This document shows positions 24,950 to 37,017 of a stretch of DNA of 64,000 nt, in pieces; within the stretch, counting starts at the first letter, position 1, and each line of letters starts with the position of its first letter. The notes under the pieces are model-generated. The model did not search any database and was not told where the DNA came from. It was given only the letters and a program-made list of their open reading frames with translations. The DNA comes from Lepidodermella squamata (lineage: Eukaryota > Animalia > Gastrotricha). The translations under genes were made by a program, and so were the position numbers. The stretch spans positions 124,001 to 188,000 of the forward strand of contig JBLDXI010000064.1 of the NCBI GenBank assembly GCA_047495785.1, read 5' to 3'.

Positions 24950-27810
24950 CTAACCAAGAAAGGTAGGAAGAGGACCAAGAGGAAGCCGGCTATTAAGCAG
25001 TACGAAGGGTGAACGGGGTGGGGGCTGAGGCGACAGGCGGACGCTCTCGAGGTCCTCGCGCAGAGGCAGGACAAACTGGGCAGCATTGGTAGCATATCGC
25101 CGTTGGCACTGCGCAAAGAAGGCCGCCACACCTGGAACACGGCAGCGGCTTTCCAGCTCGGAGACACTAACGCGATCGTCGCGGCGGACGCTGAGGATCG
25201 CCCGAAGACAGTCATTCTGGAGGACAGAGAGCCGCCGCAGCTGCTGCTTCGACGCGGTGGAGAGGCAGATGTTGCCGAACGACCAGATCGAACGGATCAG
25301 CGTGAGGTACAACATCCGCCGCCAATGACGAGAAAGACCAGGGGCGTGCAGGGCACGCCGGAAAAAACCCATGTTCTCGTGGCAGCGAGAGACTACGTGA
25401 TCGATATGAGCTTTCCAGGTGAGCTTGGGGTCCAAACGTACGCCGAGCACGCGCATCGAGGAAACTTGCGGAATGCGCGAACCGTTGAGACGGAGATCTA
25501 GCGGAGCCTGGCCGAAAGGCATGGCCTCGCTTTTCGCAGGGTTGAAGTGCTGGCGCCACTTTGACGCCCATGACGAGATACGGATAAGTTCAAGCTGCGT
25601 ACAGCGTTGCGCCGCGTTGAAAGACCGCCCTTCGCCCACGACGGTAAGATCGTCGGCGTAAGCCTGAAGCAGGGCACCATCGACACTGGGCGCCGAGAGA
25701 AGGTCGGCAGTGTACAGAATATACAAAAGCGGAGAGAGCGGGGAACCCTGTGGGACACCGCAGTTAACCGTGACCTGTCGACTGAGGGATCCGGCGACAC
25801 GGGCCTGGAGGCGGCGATCGCGTAAGTAGTCGGCCATCCAGCCAACAAGGTTTCGCGGCAGCGGCAGCAGGGAGAGCTTGTGGATCAGACCCGCATGCCA
25901 CACAGAATCATATGCGGCCTGCACGTCGAGCCCAGCGAGGACAGTCTTCCGGCGACGAGACCGACTGTGAAAGACACGGTGAACAATCTTAAGGGGCACG
26001 TCGGGGGCTGAACGATGGGAGCGAAACGCATACTGCTCTTCCGGCAACAGATGACGATCATCGAGGAAAGTCGTCGTCCAGCGGGCGACGACGGCCTCAA
26101 GCAGCTTCGCATCAGTGGGAAGCAGAGAGATGGGGCGCTGAGATGAGACCAAGTCACGGGGCTTTCCGGCCTTAGGGATGGGGACGACGATGGCTTCTTT
26201 CCAGGCAGCAGGCACGTAGCGACTGCAAAGAGACATATTGTACAGGCGGCGAAGATGCGACTGCAGCACAGAACCTCCCCACTGGATGAAAATGTTCTGC
26301 ACACCGTCCGCCCCCGGGGCCTTGAAGGGTCGAAGACGACCGACAGCGTCAGCGAGCAGCCGTTGACTGACACTGAATTCTCCAGGGCCAGGCAGACGAA
26401 TCGTAGCGGAGCAGTGTAGATTGCTGTCGGCAGTGGAGTCAGCCTCCAACTGATGCCACCAATGGCGTGTGGCAGCGTCAGCAGCGGGATCGGAGTATGG
26501 GGACATCGGTCGCACAAAGTGGTCGAGCAGCGCGTCGGCGAGGGCCGTCGAAGGTGGCAAGAGCCGCCCATCGTCGAGCTTCATGTAGGCGATAGACTGA
26601 GGCTGGTGACGTTTGTCGAGGCGACGCAGGCGAGCATACGCCTCGCGGTAACGAGCTGAGCAGACAGGGCTTCCACGTAGCGCAGGTTTGAGACATCACG
26701 CCGCAGTTGATGAGCAGCCTTGGCAGCACGAAATTCAGCGTCAACTACCCGCAGCCGCTCGCGGAGGACAGGATCCACGTGACCGCCAAGTGCTCGTTCG
26801 AGGACTCGTTTCTTCTTCAGACAGAAACGCATCTCCGCAGACATGGCGATTTTCTTTAGCTGGGACTTATCGGCGAGAGGAACGTGTTGGCGACGAGCTT
26901 CGACGATTGCGGCGTTGATGGCGGCGCGATAGACAGCGATGAGACTAGTAGGCTCGCCAACAGCAGGAAGCGGGATTGCGCCAAGCAGACGGCGAAGAGT
27001 GCGGAAGTAGCCGAAACGATCAGCGCGCGAAACATCAAAGCGAGGCGCCGGATCCGTGAGCTCGAAAAGGCGGGACGGGCCGCCAACCGGCGCCACGTTC
27101 AGTGTGATTGACGTGCAGAAATGGTCACTGGTGAGACGGTCGCCAACAGAGACACCGCCGGCGAGGAGTCGCAGAGCGGAATCATTGAGAATCCAAATGT
27201 CGAGCGTCGACAGCGAGCCAGTTGCAATGTGCAGATGAGTGGGCTTCGGCGACCGGAGCACAGACAGACCAAGGCGGTTAGCGAGTTGCTGCACGGAAAA
27301 ACCATTGGAATTCCATAGATCACGACCCCACAAAGGCGACTTAGCATTCAGATAGCCACTGAAGAAACACGGCATACCGGCCGCAGTGGCCTCGGTAAAC
27401 TCGGACTCTAAGAAGCGAAGGTCCAGGGAGGACGACGGAGGGCAGTAACCAGTGACAAACCGCACCACAGGGCCGTGGGGTGACGGAACGAGATCCAAGC
27501 GAAGCCATTCGCTGAGCTTGCTGCCGGTCAGAGCCAGCCGCCGCTCGGCGACCACGAGAGCGCCCTCCTGAACTAGAATTGCCGAACCACCACGAGCACC
27601 ACTGAGCAGGAGGTCCTCTGGATCCTGTTCGCGATCACACCTAAACACTGCATATTTGCTAAAGACAACACTGGAGAGAGAGTAAAGAAAAGTTTCATTG
27701 AGAAAAAAAGCAAGAGGATTATAGGTGTCTAGTTGCAAGTTAAGTTCAAAGTCCTTATCATTGATACCGCGAGGGTTCCACTGGACGACGACGTGGGACG
27801 TACTAGCCAT
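24950..27810 (-). pseudogene. LINE ORF2 (apurinic-like endonuclease + reverse transcriptase), frameshifted near 26600
   Basis: Endonuclease: VVQWNPRGI, NET, GYLNA (canonical GDxN altered), TSDH. RT: KAPGADG, RPISLL, Q.AFR, GVPQGSPLSP, YADD. Confidence 0.88.
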
Positions 27811-29118
27811 TGGACGACGTGGTGGCTGGGGCGAGCGAGCAGAGCTTGACAAAAATGCGGTCGACAGCGTGTTCAACCAAGGAGAGACGATGAACAAACG
27901 ACTCGTCGAACCGCTGAAGACGATCCTCCATATACCCGAAGAGTCAAGCACCATCCGGAGACAAAAATTGATGACGCAAAGCAGGGGCAGCAGGCGGGAG
28001 CTGGAGCGTGGGAGGCGTCCCGGGTTGGCGGGTGGGCCGCGGGCCAGCAAATTCGCGAGTATTCAACAGATGCGTCGGTCCACCCTGGAGATGGGGCGGT
28101 TTCACGTGGCGTCGTTGCTCACGCTCAGCAACTTTCACTTCCTTGGCTTCACTGACGGCGCGACGGCGGGCGGTCTCCTTAGCCTGGGCTGCCTTGAAAA
28201 CAGGGCACCCGCGCCAGGCGCCTGAGTGGCGGGGCTCACCGCCGTCGGGACAGTTGGGGCAGTAGCGATCCTCATGTTCAACTTGACAGTCCGCAGTAAC
28301 ATGGTCCTCCGAGGCGCAGCGACTACAGCAGACATCACGGTCGGAACAGTCAATAGCGACGTGGCCGTAACAGGAGCAGCGCTGACACTTCAACGGTAGA
28401 ATCTTGTCCTTCAGTTTGTAGACCTTAACTCGGCGGCTAATAAACTTCATACCGTTCTCCAGAGCATCTTCACACTGCTCACGCGTGACGAAAACGATAA
28501 CGCGCGGAGGTGACTTTGACTCGGACTTCGGGGGCAGATCGCGTATTTCTTCAACGTACGACGACGGTAGGAGCTGACGCAGATCATCGGCGGAGTAAAA
28601 GCCTGGCAGGCGATACGAGATAACACTGCGCTTGTCGCGGGCGATATGAGGGGACACGGGCTGCCGAGGATCGGACTCGCCCGGACGGTGAATACGAAAC
28701 TCGGACTTGGCGAAAGCATCGGCAGGAAAGCCATCCCTTTTAAGCAAACGGTCAGCGTCAGTCGCAGTCGCACACTTTACACGGAGACCGCCACTCTTCT
28801 CATGACGTCGACGGCAACGGGCGCAAGCCAATCCGCAACTCGGGCGAGGTCAGGCTCAAGCTGGCGACGATTCATAGTCGTGATGTTATCGATGATAACG
28901 ACGCGGTATTTGTTAGGGCTGGGAGCGGCGCCTGGCGGACCACCGAAGTCAGGCTGGCCAGACGGCGGCACAGCGGAGCGAGCCGTACGCGCGGCCCGGA
29001 TGGTGACGAGGAGCTGCATGACCGCCTCGAGTTCGTCGAGAGCGAGATCGGCAACGTTCAACTTCTTAGCTCGTTCCTCTTGAGTTATCCCAAACGGCCG
29101 CTTCTGTGGCAAGGCCAT
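27803..29118 (-). pseudogene. LINE ORF1 (gag-like, three zinc knuckles), with frameshift and premature stop
   Basis: CQRCSCYGHVAIDC, CSRCASEDHVTADC, CPNC..H...C. Frameshift near 28830; an in-frame TGA at 27944-27946 is followed by more open frame to a TAG overlapping the ORF2 start (AATGGCTAG). Confidence 0.8.
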
Positions 29119-29798
29119 TCGTGACGGTTTGTAAGCTGTCTCAGAGCAGTGGCGCAAAGAGATCAGCAGATATAAATTGTGTCGCTGGTTAGCACAGACG
29201 AACACCAACAATTGTAACGTAAAAGCACAACCTCAGAAAATTTAATATTCAATCGCAGATTCAATCGCAACACTGGGGTTAGTTTTACTCTTCAGTTTAT
29301 TGTTTGTTAATTAAATCCTCTGTTTTGTCTATAGAATGCCCGAATGTGCTACAAATACGAGGCTCTTACTCCGTTTTGTGTACCTGGTAACATTGGCTGT
29401 AACAACCCGGGTGATATGAATGTAAGCCTCGTTTCATTTTTTTGAAGTCTCTAAACTCTAAATAAACATCTTATTTTTCTACTTTTCTCACATCAGTCTT
29501 CAAACACAAAAAAAAACAAAAAGTCAAAATAATTCTTTTGATTCTTGGCAAATTTTAAGATGAGGTCTCCTGAATTCTGAATAATGACTAGCATTTAATT
29601 CTGATTTTAATTTGTTAAAACAGCAAAATCTCATTTTCGATTTTTGATGTACATATTACTTATAGAAAATTATGGACAGAACGCAACAATACTTGAGAAT
29701 TGCGAAATTCTCCTGGATCGGGTAAATACAAAAACTAGCCTAGTTTTCAGGGCAAGTGTACGGATCCGGAACACATGTTTTGATGATATTGTTCGACA

Positions 29799-30644
29799 CA
29801 TAGTCAACACTGTAACAGAAAGGAAACTAACGATCTTTCCATAGTGAATTTATTCGAGCTGTTATTGCAAAAAGGGCGGCACACGACCACTTTTTATGAC
29901 ACCCAACACCCCATCCGCCCATTATAATTTTAATAACTTTCAAAAAAAACCTGAAGTACCTCTTTTGAAAATTTGATTTTCACATATAAATACTAAAAGC
30001 AGCCTTCTATCTATTGATGCCAGGCACACCTAGTGTTCCCCTATGGTTAATTTTCTAAAATTCGCCAAAAAGGGCTATATTTGGTGGTTTCGGGCGAAAT
30101 TGCCATTCTTCTGCGGCGGCTGGCTCTTACGGAAATTTTTTTTTAAATTTGGATAAATTAGTTTATCCATATTGAGATCAAATTTTCTCTATCCGGCGAT
30201 ATAAAATTTGTAGGGTAAATAATCTATTTCGATTTTCCGATTTTTTTCCGGCCGGGCATATTGGACTTTGAATTCTCTCACAGCGTTGCTTTATTCAGAA
30301 ATATTCTAGCAAATAAAAAATTTTCGAGGTCGGAAAAAATCGGAAAATGGAAATAAAATTATTTACCCTTCACATTTTATATCGTCGGATAGAGAAATTT
30401 CTCAATATGGATAAACTAATTTTTCCAAATTTTACAAAAAATACCGGACGAGCCAACCTGAGCAGAAAATAGAAATTTTCAAAAGAGCTTTTTCATTTTT
30501 TGAAAGTTATTAAAATTATAATGGGCGGATAGGGCGTTGGGTGTCATAAAAAGTGGTCGCGTGCCGCCCTTTTTGCAATAACAGCTCGAATAAATTCACT
30601 ATGGAAAGATCGTTAGTTTCCTATCTGCTACAGTGTTGTCTATG
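29799..30644. mobile_element. MULE-family MITE with ~150-bp TIRs and 8-bp TSD
   Basis: catagtcaacactgt... / ...acagtgttgtctatg; TSD GTTCGACA at 29791-29798 and 30645-30652; TIR related to 22068-23972. Confidence 0.85.
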
Positions 30645-31192
30645 GTTCGACACAATACGAATAGGCGTACAAATAAGAGGCCCTTACTCCGTTTACCGAA
30701 CCTTGTAACATTGGCTGTACAACCTGGGTGATTTGAATGTGAGCCTCGATTCATTCACCAATCAAACATCAAATTTTTTTGCTTTATTGTTATTACATTG
30801 TTTTGTTTTACTTTTTACCGCAGACGTTCTGGTTTAACGATCAGAATGCGACGTTGAGCTTGAAATTTAACCTCAACGAATGCGAGAAAAAGAAAGCTAC
30901 ATTCGAGGTAAGATTTTAGAAAACTTGGTCATTACGCATCGTTCTTTATAATTGCATCATTCCAGACTTTGAAATTTCGGCGCTGTACGTCGAACAACGT
31001 ATTCAAGACTTGTGTTCCAGATCCGTATTCCTGCCCCAACAACTGGGTGTGTCCTTTCCGCAATCATGGGCGCCGTATTTTTGATTCTCGGTTTTGATTC
31101 GTCTACAGGTTACTGAATCACTTTTGTATCCCGATCTCGCGTCTTGCACCAATGGAACAGGTTTGTGAAATTGATTTATTTTATCAATGTTA

Positions 31193-31641
31193 CCGTCGTT
31201 TGGGGTGAAATGGGCACTTGGGGCGATTTGGCCGAAAATTGATGCCATCACATTACTTTTAATAGCTCATAGACTATTAGTCAGATCTCTGAAAAAATTT
31301 TTTGAACATTTTATTGATAAATAATTAATAAATTATTAAAAAATTACGTAGAAAAAAGCAAATAAAAATGTTGCATCCGGGAGTCGAACCATCACCCTCC
31401 ACAGACATGCGGCGCATTATAACCACTCGATCACTCAACAATCTCAAATTACTGTTGTTCAATATCCATTTATAATGATCAAGCTGCACAATTCGCCCCA
31501 AAACACCTGCCCAATTTGCCCCATACCTGGGGCGAATTGAGATACATGAATTTTCGGAATCAGGACCCTTGAAAACGTGTAAATAAGCAATAAAATCAGG
31601 GGGTAATTTTTTTTCACTGCCCAACTCGCCCCAATTGACGG
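31193..31641. mobile_element. TA-flanked (Tc1/mariner/pogo-type) MITE
   Basis: TA|ccgtcgtttggggtgaaatgggca ... tgcccaactcgccccaattgacgg|TA; absent from the paralogous intron of copy G. Confidence 0.7.
31370..31439 (-). pseudogene. tRNA-derived sequence inside the MITE
   Basis: Minus strand has an A-box-like TGATCGAGTGG, a B-box GGTTCGACTCC, partial acceptor pairing GTTG/CAAC and a downstream T-run; the stems are degenerate. Confidence 0.45.
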
Positions 31642-31680
31642 TATGTGGCATGAGAAGTAAATCGCATATTCATCAGAATA

Positions 31681-32145
31681 TCGTAGTTACCGAAATACTA
31701 ACCCGGGCTTATACAAAAATGACAGCTCGAAAAATGGGGAAAAGTAGGCTACTATTCAAGACTAGGCTTCTATTTGAGATTTGGCTTATCCAACTAAGCC
31801 CCGACTTTATTTTGCGTCTTTCAATCTCATAACTCATCAAATTGTTCATTATTAGCTTTTTGCAAGGTGGTCTAATGTCTAATAGCTGAAAATTAAGAAT
31901 AATAAGGAACGCTAAAACAGGAAAAATCGTAAAAAAACGCAGCAGATTATCATATATATTCAGGCATTTTCGTTATTAAATACCGTTCAGCGCCGCCAGA
32001 GCACATGTTTCGAACGTACCGTAGTAGCCTAGGCTACTATTCGAGATAGGATTATGCATCGACGATTTTCAATTTACCTAGGCTTCTAAACGAGACAGGC
32101 TTTTAAACGAGTGGGAAGTGGGGGCTTATATTTCGGTAACTACGG
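31681..32145. mobile_element. TA-flanked MITE
   Basis: TA|tcgtagttaccgaaata ... tatttcggtaactacgg|TA; absent in the copy G intron. Confidence 0.7.
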
Positions 32146-32662
32146 TAATTAAAAAAAAGTTTTACTGTGAGAGAGGAAACCATGGCTTATGGGTTAAGAA
32201 AATCAGGAAATTTAATCATCAAACATTAGCCACGGCAATTGTTTTTCTCCGCACTCGAAAAAATCGGGCTTTTATTCGAGGCTTTTATTATCTTGGAGAT
32301 AATTTTATTCCAAGAAATTCGGTATTACAAAAGTTTGAAATATAAGCCAGTGAGATTTCCAGATTACCAATGAAGGCAGTGCACCGGGAAGGATCCTCTA
32401 GTTAGGGCTATGCTACTAATTTTTCAAATCAAAAGCGGAATTTCTTGTTATCTCTCCTAGGCCTCTCGAGCTGGTTTCTTGACAGTTTCACATTTCCCCT
32501 TGCTTGAAACAATTGTTGAAGACAAGGATCAAGTTAGATATAGGGTGGTTAATTTTGGACTTCTCGCTAGCATCTAGTTAGCGACGCGCCGAAACAATCA
32601 ATATACTAGTTATAGATTATTCTTATTAAGTACGCTCGGCCATTGAACGTAAATGTAAATTA

Positions 32663-32995
32663 CCGTATTTCATCGATTTATAGCCTCCCTCGAATAATAG
32701 CCACACCTTGCCTTGTCCGAAGCAGGTGGCGCGCTGAGGATGGACAACGCTGTCCTAATTTCATCGCCTAAGCGGATTAGAGGTGGTGGACGTAAGCCGC
32801 TGTTTGTGGATGTCGAGGAAAGAATAGCAGCGTGGGTCAGACGACAGAAAAGTCAACCACGGAGACGACTTGCGATGGTGTAATTTGCCAGTTGCTAATA
32901 AATAATAGCCCCCCTCGAATAATTGCCTCTTTCTTTGACCATTTTCGGAGTTTCGGAAAAATAGTAGCCATGGCTATTTATTTGATGAAATACGT
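32663..32995. mobile_element. TA-flanked pogo-like MITE
   Basis: TA|ccgtatttcatc ... gatgaaatacgt|TA; a related mini-element lies at 39061-39175. Confidence 0.6.
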
Positions 32996-34043
32996 TATCA
33001 TCAGTACGATCAACGCTAAAAAAGCCGAACGTACTACCTCATTCGTCATTATGGTTATCATGCATGGTTATTATGAAAAGCACAGACGTTTCGCTTTCGT
33101 CAAGAGTCGAGATTTGAAATTCAAGCAATATTTAAATTATTTTCGAATGGGAATTAGGGAGTCTCAAACAGTGACTTGTGTTATTTAATTTATTTAATTT
33201 AACGCTTCAATCAGCGACCTTCTTGAATCGATCATAGTCAATTATTGTCCCATTTGTCATGTTTCGTGTTCTATTTCAATTTTCTTTTTCCCCAAAATAA
33301 TACGATTGTTTATCGCGAAGTAGGTCTGTCGGTTTATGTTATTCGCTAAAAATCGGGTATATTTCGCAATTCGGCGCCCCTAATGACCTCGGTACCGGGC
33401 TAACCGGGCTTGGAATACAGGCTCACTGGTAAGCCTCGCAGGCTTACCAGTTCTAAACACGTAACGTGATTTTTTACGCAAATCCGGATAACGGGAGGTT
33501 CGAAGCCGCTGCGTCCTGGTACGTCTCATGAATTAAGGCGCTATGTTATCGTGTTTTTCAGTCACGGTCCCTGTGAGCGAGAAGCCGCATATCCGATGTT
33601 TCGACTCGACAACTGGCAAATTCAACGGCTGCCGACCACGAAGCACTGGCTGCTTGGCTAACAATGAAACTCAGCAATATTCGACTAATGTGTTCATCAA
33701 CTTTCAAAGCTGCCTACTCGGAGTAAGTCTTTTCTAATTTACTTGTATTTGAGGCCTAAGTTTGTATTTTAACAGAACGCGGTTTCATGCAAAGATTCGT
33801 CTAACCGAAGTTCATGCTACGCAGCCTGCCCTCGAGACCTATCACAGGTGAAACTTGTTATTAAAACTCAGGAATAAATTTTCCCATGGGCATGATTCTA
33901 AAACAGGTTAAGCTCTTCTCGGACTCGCAATCTTTTCAACTGAACCACGGCAAGTGCAACGATGAGATAACGCCCAAGGTGAGCTCGCATTAACTCGAAA
34001 TCCCAAATTTCGCTAGCTTGTCGCAAGTTCAACTGAAATTACA

Positions 34044-34238
34044 TATCGTTAGCGACGTTGAATAACTCGGATTTAGGCTTGTTTACTTCCGTTTCAAGGT
34101 GATAGGTGACAAGTAAAAAGTCTTTTGTTTTTTTGCCTCTTCATTCAAGTTAAAAAGCCGCTTTTTACTTGTCACCTATCACCTTGAAACGGAAGTAAAC
34201 AAGCCTAAATCCGAGTTATTCAACGTCGTTAACGATAT
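34044..34238. repeat. Near-perfect inverted repeat (~78-bp arms), probable foldback MITE
   Basis: atatcgttagcgacgttgaataactcgg...caagtaaaaag and its reverse complement; a diverged single arm lies at ~4345-4410. Confidence 0.75.
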
Positions 34239-34522
34239 CATGGCATAGGGCCTAGTTTGAGCTTGTGGTTTGATGGTATAGCAATAAGGCAATCAGTTTA
34301 GCTTCAAGATTTCCCGGCTTCAATCGGACAACCCGATAAAAGGAAAGCCATATTCCATGCCTATCGTTGATGTTAATATAGCTTTTAAATTTTCAATTCC
34401 TAAGATCTGTACTGTAACGCAGTCCTTTTTCGGACAGGGTAATTTCGGACACTTTTGGCTTTGAGCGCAAGTTTCTCCAAAACCCCGGTAAATAGAAATA
34501 CCGTTCAAAATGCAGGAGATAG

Positions 34523-34690
34523 CAGGGGCGTAACTAAGGGGGGGCCAGGGGGGGCACCGGCCCCACCAGCTGGAAAAATACCCTCAGGGTACCACAGGGG
34601 GGACCCTTTGGTCTGAAAAATTCGGGGCTACAAATACGTAGAAAAAAATGTGCTGGCCCCAACAGTTTGGTAGACCTAGTTACGCCACTG
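34523..34690. mobile_element. Small hAT-like MITE
   Basis: caggggcgtaactaag ... ctagttacgccactg; TSD imperfect. Confidence 0.55.
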
Positions 34691-35910
34691 GGAGAGCTTG
34701 TCTTTCAGCCCAGAGTCTTGTCTTTCAAATGACACCTGAAATATGAGAAACGGATTACGAAGAATGGCTGCACTTCTACGCAGGTGAGCGCCGAGGTAAA
34801 AATTGCTAACTTTTTCAAATGGCAGTATTTTTTGCCGGATAGAAGCGCAAAAGAAAGAGCGCATCGACTTCAGTTAGGCTGGCATGTTAGGAACAAATTT
34901 ATATGAGACATTTTGCCTGAAATTCCGCCAGAAAAACCGATATCCCCCGGCTTATTTCGGACAGCCCCTAACTGCAGAGAATTCAATCGACCTTGACCGT
35001 TTTTAAACTTTAATATTTTAGTGAGAATAGCACTGAACTGCGTTGAGAGCACCAATTCACTAACGGGGGTTCAAATCCCTCAACATGCAATTCATTTTTA
35101 TTTTATGCAATTCATTTCCCCTGGGACATCATTTCAAAGATTCACAAAATTACGGCAATTGAATAGAAATATTATTATTTTTTGATTTATTGAAATCAGC
35201 AGCAAAAAAGCACTCTATATTATCACCTGGCTTTATTACTATCATTTTAAGCAAAAAATCGAGATAACAAAAATATGTGACTAACTGTGTCCCCCCCATG
35301 CAAATTTTAGCCGGCTGCGTATTTCCGCTGCGTCGACAACAGCGATGGCGCTGTTCATTGCGTCGCCGAGTCGGCAGGCTGCAATGCGGCAACTCAGCTT
35401 CGAATTCCGGCTAATTTGGTCTATCCGGACGAGAACACTTGCAAAAGTGCGACCAAGAAGTACACGGCGGTGGGTCTTTATGGACGCAGAGCTAGGCTCC
35501 TGCCCAAATGCGCCGAGATAAATGCTACATTGGCCACGATTAGGTCTGACGATGAGCTAGCTGCCGCTAGGCTTGCGCTCCAGCAGGCTAGCTCTGCACA
35601 AGGTTCCACGGTTTATACGGCATTGGTCGCTCTCACCCGGGAAAACGGCGTATTCAAATGGGATGACGGATCGAGCTTCACTTTCGTCGAAACGCAATGG
35701 CCTGTGGCTCCATCTGGTGATGGGTGCGCACGCTTAGCTTACTGTTCTAAAGGTTCATATAACGTTCCATCAGACGGTTATTACTATTTGTTAGATCCTT
35801 GTGATACTACCTATTCACACGGTATCTTGTGCGAGTATTTTTAGTGGAGCTATTGAGTATTGAGCATTTTCGCTGAGATGTTTCGCGACGAAGTGAAGGT
35901 GAATAATTGT

Positions 35911-36333
35911 CAGAGCTTTGGATTTGATTTGATTTGATTTACGGCTTAAATCACGGACCTCCTTCAATCAATCAAAATCGATCATTGTCCCAATTTTCCA
36001 GGACTAAAGCAATCAAATCAAATCATCGACAACCATGAATCACAATAAATCGCGAAACATCGGGATTTTCATGAAGTTGGGGGCTTCGAAATGTCAAGAA
36101 ATTGATAAAATAACGCGAATTTCAAGTAACTATCTCTTTCCACTTTCCATAGCAAATTTTCATTAAAAAGGTTTGTACTTGGTTTCGCGGTATGTATCAA
36201 GTTTTTCGATTGCATCACCAAGGCTAAATCGAAATCAATCAAATCAAAATGCTTCCCCGCGTAAATCAATCATTTTAAATCTAAATCAGTCAAAATAGGG
36301 TCTAAATCAAATCAAATCTAATCCAAAGCACTG
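35911..36333. mobile_element. hAT-like MITE in the 3' UTR region of copy D
   Basis: cagagctttggatt / aatccaaagcactg TIRs, GATTT subterminal repeats, perfect 8-bp TSD ATAATTGT. Confidence 0.8.
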
Positions 36334-36640
36334 ATAATTGTATGTGATAGAAAGAAGAGATAACTGATCTGACTAATAGATAATTCCGCCGTGCATTTAG
36401 AAATAAAGTTTGTGTGAAGTAATAGTGAAGCATGTATGCTCTTCTACGGGGCACTCTGATGACTCTGATTACGCTCAGTAATTGTGATGATTATGGTAAC
36501 GCTGTGGTACACCTTTCTTCTGAACAATGCCTTGTGAGATTGTTGTTAGAAGCCGAAGTAAAATAATACTTTTTGAGGAGATTATATTCTTCTGGCACTT
36601 GAACAATTGCTTCACCGAGCATATAAAATTAACCGTTTAC

Positions 36641-37017
36641 AGGCCAACGTTCCCATTTGGGAACATGATGTTTGAAGCTTGACAGATTTGTTACTAAAGC
36701 TCCTATAGTCGTAAAAAAAGTTGCAAAATGATCACCAAATCGTAAACTGTCAATGAGAATCTTTCCGGATTTTTATCCCTTATCGAAAAAATGGCCAATC
36801 GCCAATCGATATCGATTTTTGGTCATTTTCGATTTTTCGATTTTTTTTTAGATTTACTCGAAAACAAGACTCGCATAACAATTTATTATTTCGTTTCTAA
36901 GTAGAGTTAAGCGTCAGCTGTAAAAAAACTGATTATTTATGTCATCCCATGCGTGACCATTAATGGCAGATGGCAGCGTTACGCAATGAGCATGTTCCCA
37001 TTTGGGAACGTTGGGAC
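36641..37017. mobile_element. MITE-like inverted repeat element
   Basis: ccaacgttcccatttgggaacatg / catgttcccatttgggaacgttgg. Confidence 0.5.

Larger units (their letters stand above)
24626..29266 (-). mobile_element. Full-length non-LTR retrotransposon (Jockey/I-like: CCHC ORF1 + APE-RT ORF2), mutated
   Basis: TSD GCAACA at 24620-24625 and 29267-29272; AATAAA and a TTTTA-type tail at the 3' end; clearly more GC-rich than the flanks. Confidence 0.9.
24371..35844 (+). pseudogene. Copy D: lectin paralog disrupted by a LINE insertion in exon 2; other exons intact
   Basis: Exon 1 24371-24535; exon 2 split at 24625/29273; exons at ~29334, 30824, 30966, 31109, 33562, 33776, 33907; terminal exon 35311-35844. 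Confidence 0.82.

Noticed and set aside
24679-29083. Many overlapping ORFs on both strands within the LINE
   Set aside because: Alternative-frame ORFs are expected in GC-rich sequence and show no motifs.
31370-31439. Functional tRNA gene
   Set aside because: T-stem and anticodon arm pair poorly; reported only as tRNA-derived.
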